A stretch of 24,995 bases of DNA from a virus. Lineage: Duplodnaviria > Caudoviricetes. Location: IMG/VR virus record IMGVR_UViG_3300005512_000308, positions 1-24,995 of that record; one strand, written 5' to 3'. The notes beneath the pieces are model-generated. The model was not told the DNA's origin. It saw only the letters and a list, made by a program, of their open reading frames with translations, and made no database searches. Below, piece after piece: positions 9,501 through 16,599 of the stretch; positions within the stretch are counted from its first letter, which is position 1, and every line of letters begins with the position of its first letter. The position numbers and the translations under genes are program-made.

Positions 9501-11587
9501 CTGTACCATCTATGGGTGCATTAAACTTAATGAACAATAAGATTCGTATTGAATCTGCTTCATTAAAAGGTCAACTTAATCCTGACAAATCATATGAGTT
9601 AAGTGAGTTTGATTATGCACCAACTGATTCAAATCTATTGGGAACGTATTTTACAACAACCGATACAGTTAATTTTGACATCTACAATTCAGAAGGTTAT
9701 TTCGAAGCTGATGATTGGGTGGGTGACCCTGATAAACGATATAATGAAGACTACCCACTCTTAAAATATAGAGCAAAAAATTACTTCCAAAAATACACAA
9801 GTGGTACTGCTATTGATTTGATTCTTGATATGTTATCAAGATATGATATGTCAGTCTTTGACCAAATCAAACAATTGTTACCCGCTCGTGTAGATTGGCA
9901 CAAGGGAATCTTAATAGAACCACATATATTTGAAAGAAACAAATATCGTAGAAATCGTGACATTACAATTTCACGACATATGTATGATGGAACAATATCG
10001 GTTGTAAGTCATGAGTTAACCGCTTCACGAAATGATTATGATGTGGCCGAAATTGACTTATATGATTACCAATCTTCAACCTACAAGTACTTCACACCAG
10101 CATTATCAGCAAGTGTACAATGCTCATATCAGAATAGTTCGTTCGGAACGTCTTCGGCTGTAATACCAAGTAATGTTGATTATATGTTATATGATGGTGA
10201 CGAATATAGTATATTTCCAGGATTTGGTACTTATACTTTTAAGTTTAATCCACCAACTCATAGTAGTGGGTCTACTGCCGCATTTTATTATACAGCATCT
10301 GTTGATGGTCCTTCAGTAGATATAAATGTATCCCAACCATCATCATCAATACAAACGATTCAATATAGTAGTTCAGTTTCAAGTTCAGGTGTATCTAACG
10401 ATGGTGATACGACTCTTACGTTTGACGTATTAACATGGGGTCCGGATTCACCACCACATACACTTATTAATCCAAACTATAATGGTAAGATTGTTAAAAT
10501 TATATGTAAACAAAATGATGGAGTATATCCTGGTGCTAACACAAATATATTTGCTGGGGGTACTCAGGGTGACGGTACTATAACATACATCCCACCCACT
10601 ACATTTACAATAGATTTGAGTTCAAACCCACTTACAATAGACGATGGTGGGGGTAATCCACAATCAACTTCAAATCATGACCTACAACTTGGTCTTTCGT
10701 TCGTAACTTCAAGTAATGTCACAACAAATATTAAATCTAATATAGCAACACTACAAAGTGGTGAACCTAATTGGCCTGTTAATGTTGACCAATCTGGTAG
10801 TATAACATTTAATGATGGGTCTGGTGAACGAACTTATTTAATTTTAAATAGAATTGATAATACAAACATACAAATAGACACATCATCACATGAACCAAAC
10901 ACAAGTGGTTCTTTTGTAAGTGCTGATTTCGAATATAGTAGTTCAGTTTCATTAAACTTTACATTCTTTACAAACGACCCAGATATAACTTGTGTATCAT
11001 CATCAACATACGTTGATAGACCAAATGGGTATTGGAGATACTCACCAACTGGCTCAACTGTATTGAATCATAAAAATTCAAAAATATATAAAGTACCAAA
11101 ATACTTTTACTCTACTGCTGAGTCTGCGAGTTTAAAATTACCAAGTTCATCATCTATGATTCCATGGGAAGGTCAAGATGATAGATTGTCGTTATCTATG
11201 GAAAACTTATTTTACAATGGGTGTAGAATAACAAGTGACTCTTTAACCACGGACTCAACAGAAACACCAGATGGTGGTCCTGTTGTAGAAATTACTGAAG
11301 TTGACCCAAATACACTTGTATACTCAACACAAACACCAACTGATGGTGGTGTTGATACCCAACTAAGTCCTACAAAAGGTAATGTTAGAAAAACACCAGA
11401 AGATGTGTTGGTATCGGTTGATATTAGAAATAGAAAAAAATCAAACACATCATCGAATAGAAATGCAACTGAATTTAAAGTGTTAAAACCATTACCATTT
11501 ATTGGTAGAAACACAAAACCAAAGACAAGATTAACCACATCTCTAAATTCACTTTTTAGTAGAATATTAAAGAGATTTGGATTTTAA
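6557..11587 (+). CDS. Large baseplate wedge/tail protein (gp7 / P2 gpI-like core), 1676 aa
   Basis: FVDMIGQHFD...LLKSVATSFGW...NNLPMLYKTKGTARSIKALLSSYG..IREW and QIKQLLPAR resemble gp7/gpI-type wedge motifs; located within the baseplate cluster. Confidence 0.7.
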   Translation: MSFKRYYNQEQVEGTTPTFGEDYSSEVNSNVLIVDTELRLGDVEGNHIDDIKVPTSQEVHIYSSDTLLRSSYEHPIKYNSNGSYPVLKVTPERDLRALGIEQGAYSINYNFLNKFVQGCRIDEINGDRTEVKISKRPLVGNASNKETNAFEDLNTILSNASLFNSFSQQGVLPELVLNFKENELYNIINYKFDGTLGGESTETLQYPRDRFANVSTSFVPIDSGVENLNTWRFFVEIYTPAINETLPIGALVGAPTGRVRKYMLKLNQNSNGDLIWQAGSVTFGDGTTPLPSDINVDTNGNIQIANRVPDSNNLKLTYKKFNINITTYDTIVVKLDRPLDTSLGINSTLDVDGRVYNSYIEKIIAFPSVTEEEVSNFSEPDFSLDMSELKGAVGTGWSTWDSLLDVNPTTSQQLVTHYFSGSLGDVKLNIDYSDFSNFVHFSSATERIDNFFYKIQQIESYNTRINTLESVSGSEALTNISQSIIRRDRLIGGFDDFEHYLYYSDDSNNYTHWSSSANIIEPYPKSNTFPHVLYGSTTPQGESWYNGVYSSASLYDEFNDSRLRNVIPIHLQEDERNSEYITFVDMIGQHFDIQWTYIKSLTDINKREEHPNDGMADELLKSVATSFGWKLSNGYSDVSLWKYALGVESDGTLYQSGDLKSKARKQITEEIWRRIVNNLPMLYKTKGTARSIKALLSSYGIPQAFLKIREWGGPTISTRKNIYEQERFVNKLELSPSKYLTAPWDDINSDRPNSIEIIGKMPKGNYHIVRVDGGSSTVDLFWDYQSSNETARIRMNVGGTDIVSSSYVPYKLRRDGVFTITSGSNISIESAWVDDWGKLLANPTASIGSNVNFSTTWNAAGTIQVPGPTTDLNVNSYETASIQEIRYFRDGITSEIIQEHARNREAYFSDDNTTDLDIDTSFDKLMFRIFPDSRIATTSSYIESSHPNQRITQSDTGLILSASLTNITSDQLVGEVDTQFVTVPSMGALNLMNNKIRIESASLKGQLNPDKSYELSEFDYAPTDSNLLGTYFTTTDTVNFDIYNSEGYFEADDWVGDPDKRYNEDYPLLKYRAKNYFQKYTSGTAIDLILDMLSRYDMSVFDQIKQLLPARVDWHKGILIEPHIFERNKYRRNRDITISRHMYDGTISVVSHELTASRNDYDVAEIDLYDYQSSTYKYFTPALSASVQCSYQNSSFGTSSAVIPSNVDYMLYDGDEYSIFPGFGTYTFKFNPPTHSSGSTAAFYYTASVDGPSVDINVSQPSSSIQTIQYSSSVSSSGVSNDGDTTLTFDVLTWGPDSPPHTLINPNYNGKIVKIICKQNDGVYPGANTNIFAGGTQGDGTITYIPPTTFTIDLSSNPLTIDDGGGNPQSTSNHDLQLGLSFVTSSNVTTNIKSNIATLQSGEPNWPVNVDQSGSITFNDGSGERTYLILNRIDNTNIQIDTSSHEPNTSGSFVSADFEYSSSVSLNFTFFTNDPDITCVSSSTYVDRPNGYWRYSPTGSTVLNHKNSKIYKVPKYFYSTAESASLKLPSSSSMIPWEGQDDRLSLSMENLFYNGCRITSDSLTTDSTETPDGGPVVEITEVDPNTLVYSTQTPTDGGVDTQLSPTKGNVRKTPEDVLVSVDIRNRKKSNTSSNRNATEFKVLKPLPFIGRNTKPKTRLTTSLNSLFSRILKRFGF
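10362..10951 (+). repeat. Perfect 20-bp direct repeat AATATAGTAGTTCAGTTTCA at 10362-10381 and 10932-10951, 570 bp apart and in frame
   Basis: Read directly from the sequence; both copies encode YSSSVS. Confidence 0.85.
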
Positions 11588-11608
11588 CAATTAAAAATAA
11601 ACAAAACC

Positions 11609-11617
11609 ATATTTATA
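11609..11617 (+). promoter_or_regulatory. ATATTTATA motif, putative phage late promoter
   Basis: In the intergenic gap, 21 nt before ATG 11639; identical 9-mer and spacing at 19757. Confidence 0.55.
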
Positions 11618-11638
11618 TACATAAATGAGGAAAACATT

Positions 11639-12298
11639 ATGGGATTTTTAGATAATTCATCAGTAACAGTAGACGCCATACTTACCAAGAAGGGTAGAGA
11701 GCTTTTGGCACAAGGTCGTGACAAGTTTCAAATCACTCAATTTGCATTAGCAGATGATGAGGTTGATTATGAACTTTGGAATCCAGCACATAACTTGGGT
11801 TCAGACTATTATGGTATCATCATTGAGAATATGCCTGTGGTTGAAGCAATCACGGATGAAAACTACTCAATGAAATATAAACTATTGTCACTTCCAAAGA
11901 CAACTACGAAGTTGCCAGTAATCTCGGCAAGTCCAACAAGTATTACGATTGATGAAGGTCAAGTATTGACAGGTATTAACGTAACCACTCGTAATGGTGG
12001 AAATGCTGACTTAGGATACACTGCGATTCTACTTAATAAAGATGCAGGTGTTATTCAAGGTAATCCTGGTGTGCCTGGAAATGTTTCTCCTATTATAAAC
12101 ATAAGTTCATACAATACAAATCAATCACAAACTGTGGTTGGTAGAAGTCAATTTACATTCCGTTCTACATCATTTCTTGCTGATAGAGCATCACTTTCAA
12201 CTCGTATGATAATCATTGGTAATGAAACTGGTGGTAGAGTTGAGGTTGACATCGTAGTGAATCCTGTTAATGACATTCAAGTACGAGCTACTGTATAA
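11639..12298 (+). CDS. Virion structural protein, baseplate/tail-collar fibre attachment-like
   Basis: N-terminal DAILTKKGRELLAQG..FQITQFALAD resembles the start of P2 gpH/DUF3751-type domains. The C-terminal half is beta-rich and Ig-like. GAGG precedes the ATG. Confidence 0.6.
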   Translation: MGFLDNSSVTVDAILTKKGRELLAQGRDKFQITQFALADDEVDYELWNPAHNLGSDYYGIIIENMPVVEAITDENYSMKYKLLSLPKTTTKLPVISASPTSITIDEGQVLTGINVTTRNGGNADLGYTAILLNKDAGVIQGNPGVPGNVSPIINISSYNTNQSQTVVGRSQFTFRSTSFLADRASLSTRMIIIGNETGGRVEVDIVVNPVNDIQVRATV

Positions 12299-12317
12299 CA
12301 CAAAAGAAGGATAGAAA

Positions 12318-13511
12318 ATGGCAATTAATCCAATATTAGGTTCAACGGGAAATTTAGGTGGCACATCATTGTCATCTGGACCAGTTCAAGGAAATGTTCC
12401 TAACCCAGCAGGTACAGAAACTTTAGCAGATACAAGAGTTGCTATCTCAGAATTACAGGCAGCTGATGTTCAAAACGATACCACTCCAGTTATTCCTGCA
12501 GGTGCATACGATTATGGTAGTGGTAAGGTATTTACAGCATTTACAATTGAAGATGTAGTAGAAGGTGATTCTCAAAGAATTACTCGTGGACTATGGAGTG
12601 GTAACGTTGGTGAATTAACATCATTTTGGACATCATCATATCAGTCTTCAACTCAGAAGCAATATTACTATGAGATTTATAATGGTGACCCAACGGACTC
12701 TACAAAGGCTGCACAATTTTCAATTGCGTATGGTCATAACGAAGGAAGTGGTTCTTTAGGAACAAACGAAGATTCACCATCAAGCGCAATCTACTCACAA
12801 TTTCAACAAATCTTACTCCCCGCATCACAAAAAACATTTTCATTTGGTGGTGTTGCACAAGATGATGTGTATGTCATCACAATAAACAGAGCTAGGTTAA
12901 AAGATAAACTTGACCCAGGTAATTGGGAATTAGTCCTATCAGGTTCGAATGGTGAAACATTACAACTAATTGATAATAGTGGCGACACCAATCAATTGGG
13001 TAGTTCTAATGAAGTATCGTATAATGTAGTATCAGGTTCTTTATTAAATGGTGTTTATTCAACAAGTCAAATTTTTGGAGCAGTTTATCCACAATTTGGA
13101 GCTATTGTATTAAGTGCTGCTGCACTTGACGTATCTGCTTCACTTGGGACAGTTAGAACAAGTAATACTGACGCACAAAACCATGGTAAGTTGTTTACTG
13201 CTATTAGTGGTGCTGCTGTTCAAAACGCAAATAATGGTTTCCAAGCAAGAAGTGAGGAAGAAGTTAAATCAACATTCTTCTTTGTTAGAGCTAAAAACGC
13301 AGAATACAATTTCTCAAATAACCCATCTTATGTAACAGGTTCAACTGGTCAATTAAAACAACAAACTTTTGTTGGAGACCCTAAAACTTATATTACAACT
13401 GTTGGTTTGTATAACAATGATAACGAACTTTTAGCAATAGCTAAATTGTCTAAACCTCTATTAAAATCATTCTCTAACGAGATTTTAATTAAGGTTAAAT
13501 TAGATTTTTAA
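12318..13511 (+). CDS. Virion structural protein (baseplate/tail fibre attachment-like), paralog of the next gene
   Basis: C-terminal EYNFSNNPS...YITTVGLYNNDNELLAIAKLSKPLLK..IKVKLDF, shared with ORF 13523. Confidence 0.65.
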   Translation: MAINPILGSTGNLGGTSLSSGPVQGNVPNPAGTETLADTRVAISELQAADVQNDTTPVIPAGAYDYGSGKVFTAFTIEDVVEGDSQRITRGLWSGNVGELTSFWTSSYQSSTQKQYYYEIYNGDPTDSTKAAQFSIAYGHNEGSGSLGTNEDSPSSAIYSQFQQILLPASQKTFSFGGVAQDDVYVITINRARLKDKLDPGNWELVLSGSNGETLQLIDNSGDTNQLGSSNEVSYNVVSGSLLNGVYSTSQIFGAVYPQFGAIVLSAAALDVSASLGTVRTSNTDAQNHGKLFTAISGAAVQNANNGFQARSEEEVKSTFFFVRAKNAEYNFSNNPSYVTGSTGQLKQQTFVGDPKTYITTVGLYNNDNELLAIAKLSKPLLKSFSNEILIKVKLDF

Positions 13512-13522
13512 AATGAAGACCA

Positions 13523-15205
13523 ATGGGAATAGTTTACAAACGAATCTTCAATGGGGGTATACAAGAAAGACCCTTTAAAGCTCATAAACGATATGAAGTG
13601 ACTGATGTCAATTATTCGTCTTCGTTTGAGATTTCTATTCTAAGAGGTATATCAACTTATGGTGTTTTAACGGAAGTATCCACATCGATAGATAATGCTA
13701 TTGATGTAGACCCATCTATTAAAACGGGTTCTGGTGCAATGACATCGGAATTAAATTCAATCCCTCAGCAAATTGTTTGGGATTCCATAAACTCATACTT
13801 TTTTAAAAGAACACCACGAGTTTTATACGACACAGCTTCTATAATTTCAATACCACAAAATAAGTTTGGTGACGGAATTAAACCAGGTTCATTCTACGCA
13901 ACTTGTAGTAGCGCTGAAACATCTGCATCTTATATGTATGATATTAAAGTTGACTCTGATTATGGAATCATAGTTGACCCTGACGTTTCAACGACCATAA
14001 TGCCACGAAGTAGTGATACTATTTTAAGATTATCATTTGATGATAAGAAAATAAATTCATCGTGGAAAAACACAACAGATGATTCTACATACGATAATAT
14101 TGTAAAAACATTAAACATTGCAATTGGTAATGGTCCAACTACAACAGGTGGATTGTCAGCCGCTGTCGGTAAATCAGCACAATCAAATATATCATCATCG
14201 TTAATTGTAAGACATAATTCATTATTTGATTCCATAAACAACTATGATGATTGGGCTGTATCTATGAGAGTTAAATTACCACTCTCACAATCATGGACTG
14301 GTGAAGAAGCAAACCCACTAATATCAAAACGATGGAATAACTTAGATGCTGTTAGAAATAGTCAAGTTTATTCAAACAAAACACATTACCCACTTGACAT
14401 TTCATTACTTAATGATTCGGTAAGTGGTCAAAATGGTAAGGTTAAATTTGGTATATCAGATGGTCGTAGATATGGTAAATCTGAAGCTGGTACATTTATA
14501 ACATCATCTACGTTAATAAATGACAACAATTGGCATTCATTAATTGTTAATAAAATTGGTAGTAATTACAAACTATATATTGATGGTGTACTTGATTCTA
14601 CATTGGATGCTACTAATATAAAAACAACCAATAACGAGCAAGATATAACCATATTCAGTAGCAGATTTTCAACAAGAACTGACTACACTTCGACAAGTGG
14701 TTCTTTTGATGAGGTTAGAATATATAGAAGGTCGTTAACTTCAGATAACATTGAATCACTCACAAACAATCATTGGTATAGTGGTTCATTCACTCAGACA
14801 AATCAGATAGGACACATATTTTATAATACTGGTATTGTGGTTATTTCTGACCCCCGACCCAAATATAAAAATATGTTTTTAGGTGATGGTAATTGGGACT
14901 ACACAAACAAACCATTTGAATTTAATTACAAAGCAACCAAAATAGTTGAAGAGGTATCTTTACTATGCGAAATAAATAGAGATGAGTTTAATGTATCATC
15001 TAACCCATCATTAAGAGTAACTTCAAATGAAAAAGAAGAACGACTTAAGCCAATGGTTACAGGTTCCGATTTTAGACCATACATCACTCAGATTGGGTTG
15101 TACAATGATGACCTTGAATTACTTGCAGTTGCTAAGTTAGGTTCACCACTCAAGAAAAGACAAGATGTTGATGTAACCATTAATGTAAAATTCGATATAG
15201 ACTAA
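13523..15205 (+). CDS. Virion structural protein with LamG/concanavalin A-like lectin domain
   Basis: WAVSMRVK, INDNNWHSLIVNKIGSNYKLYIDGVLD and GSFDEVRIYRRSLTSDNI are LamG_3 hallmarks. The C-terminus YITQIGLYNDDLELLAVAKLGSPLKK is paralogous to ORF 12318. Confidence 0.8.
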   Translation: MGIVYKRIFNGGIQERPFKAHKRYEVTDVNYSSSFEISILRGISTYGVLTEVSTSIDNAIDVDPSIKTGSGAMTSELNSIPQQIVWDSINSYFFKRTPRVLYDTASIISIPQNKFGDGIKPGSFYATCSSAETSASYMYDIKVDSDYGIIVDPDVSTTIMPRSSDTILRLSFDDKKINSSWKNTTDDSTYDNIVKTLNIAIGNGPTTTGGLSAAVGKSAQSNISSSLIVRHNSLFDSINNYDDWAVSMRVKLPLSQSWTGEEANPLISKRWNNLDAVRNSQVYSNKTHYPLDISLLNDSVSGQNGKVKFGISDGRRYGKSEAGTFITSSTLINDNNWHSLIVNKIGSNYKLYIDGVLDSTLDATNIKTTNNEQDITIFSSRFSTRTDYTSTSGSFDEVRIYRRSLTSDNIESLTNNHWYSGSFTQTNQIGHIFYNTGIVVISDPRPKYKNMFLGDGNWDYTNKPFEFNYKATKIVEEVSLLCEINRDEFNVSSNPSLRVTSNEKEERLKPMVTGSDFRPYITQIGLYNDDLELLAVAKLGSPLKKRQDVDVTINVKFDID

Positions 15206-15213
15206 TATAAGTT

Positions 15214-15645
15214 ATGGCAAAAGGAAATTGGAGTCATATCCAAAAATCAAAAGGACACAAGTCCGGCCTTGAAACAAAAATTAACGAACAATTAAGAATT
15301 CAAGGTATCGATGGGGAATACGAACAACACGAAATTCCGTATGTTGTTCCTGCAACTCACCACACTTACAAGCCCGATTTTAAATTACCAAATGGAATTT
15401 ACATTGAATCTAAAGGTTGGTTTCTACCGGAAGATAGAAAGAAACATTTGTTGATTAAAGAACAACATCCTGAAATAGATTTGAGGTTTGTTCTTCAGTC
15501 ACCCAATGGTAAAATCTACAAAGGTTCAAAGACTACATACTCACAATGGTGTGAAAAGAATGGGTTCAAATGGGCCAATAAAGAAATTCCCCAAGAATGG
15601 TTAGATGAAAAACCTAAACAAGATTTCTTTGATTTCTCAAAATAA
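15214..15645 (+). CDS. Phage endonuclease I (T7 gp3-like Holliday junction resolvase)
   Basis: KSGLE..YE..IPYVVPA..HTYKPDF.LPNGIYIESKG..EDRKKHLLIKEQHPEIDLRFV..KIYKGSKTTY..WCEKNGF..IPQEW follows the T7 endonuclease I pattern, including the PD-(D/E)xK catalytic motif. Confidence 0.93.
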   Translation: MAKGNWSHIQKSKGHKSGLETKINEQLRIQGIDGEYEQHEIPYVVPATHHTYKPDFKLPNGIYIESKGWFLPEDRKKHLLIKEQHPEIDLRFVLQSPNGKIYKGSKTTYSQWCEKNGFKWANKEIPQEWLDEKPKQDFFDFSK

Positions 15646-15658
15646 TTTCGTATATTAG
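15628..15658 (+). promoter_or_regulatory. Bacteroidota-type housekeeping sigma promoter candidate: TTTG-N19-TATATTAG
   Basis: TTTG at 15628-15631, a 19-nt spacer, then TATATTAG at 15651-15658 (one mismatch to TAnnTTTG), just before the primase ATG. Confidence 0.5.
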
Positions 15659-15663
15659 TAGTT

Positions 15664-16599
15664 ATGGAAGATAGACTACTTGAATTATTAGAGTCCGTTC
15701 TTGGTAAATCCAAGAAAACAAGTGGGGACAATTATGCGTTCTATTCTCCATTTGTTGACCATTACAAACCAAAGTTAGAGATTAATATACGAATTAATTC
15801 TAAAGGAAACAACCCTTGGCATTGTTGGATTTCGGATGAGAAGGGTAGAACTATCAAAGGTCTATTCAAGAAACTTCGTGTATCTAAACAAACTTGGGAT
15901 GAATACAATTCCATCTTCAGTAAGGTTAACCGATATTCAAGTGAGTATGACACTACCGAAGTTGTAGAGCAAGTAGAACTTCCAAAAGAATTTATTCCAC
16001 TATATCAACCATCTAACTCATATAAACGAAAACACGCTTTAAATTACTTACTTGATAGAGGTTTAAGAGTTGAAGATATTGTAAAATACAATATTGGATA
16101 TTGTGCTGATGGTGAGTATCGTGATAAGATAATAATCCCTTCATATGATGATAAGGGTAAGTTGAACTTCTTTGTTGGAAGGTCATTTTATGAAACTAAA
16201 TTTAAACATAAAAATCCGAAGGTTTCTAAAGACATCGTGGGTTTTGACCTACTTGTTAATTGGGATACTCCTATTATACTTTGTGAAGGGGCTTTCGATG
16301 CTATCGCAGTTAGGAGAAACGCTATACCACTCTTTGGAAAAAGTATTCAATCGGAACTTGAGAAAAAAATAATTGGAAATAAAGTAAAAAAGTTGTATAT
16401 TTGTTTAGATTCGGATGCTCTAAAGAATGCTTTGGGGTTGGCTAAAAAGTTTATGTCATACGGAATCGAAACACATCTTGTAGATTTAGGTGACGAAGAC
16501 CCATCTGAAATGGGATATGAAAATATAAATAAAAAAATATATGATACACCCCCTCTTGACTTACGTAAGTTGATGGAGTATCAATTGTTTAGATTATGA
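15664..16599 (+). CDS. DNA primase, DnaG/Toprim type (T4 gp61-like)
   Basis: ALNYLLDRG, YNIGYC, IIIPSYD..G.LNFFVGR, KHKNP, Toprim motifs LCEGAFDA and LDSDA, and DPSE. Confidence 0.9.
   Translation: MEDRLLELLESVLGKSKKTSGDNYAFYSPFVDHYKPKLEINIRINSKGNNPWHCWISDEKGRTIKGLFKKLRVSKQTWDEYNSIFSKVNRYSSEYDTTEVVEQVELPKEFIPLYQPSNSYKRKHALNYLLDRGLRVEDIVKYNIGYCADGEYRDKIIIPSYDDKGKLNFFVGRSFYETKFKHKNPKVSKDIVGFDLLVNWDTPIILCEGAFDAIAVRRNAIPLFGKSIQSELEKKIIGNKVKKLYICLDSDALKNALGLAKKFMSYGIETHLVDLGDEDPSEMGYENINKKIYDTPPLDLRKLMEYQLFRL

Noticed and set aside
10362-10951. Diversity-generating retroelement TR/VR pair, att sites or CRISPR repeats
   Set aside because: Only two identical 20-bp copies, with no adenine-specific mismatches and no reverse transcriptase, integrase or cas gene in the window.
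10121-10993. Possible intein (inserted segment begins with Cys)
   Set aside because: No C-terminal His-Asn followed by Cys/Ser/Thr, and no block B TxxH or LAGLIDADG motifs recognised.
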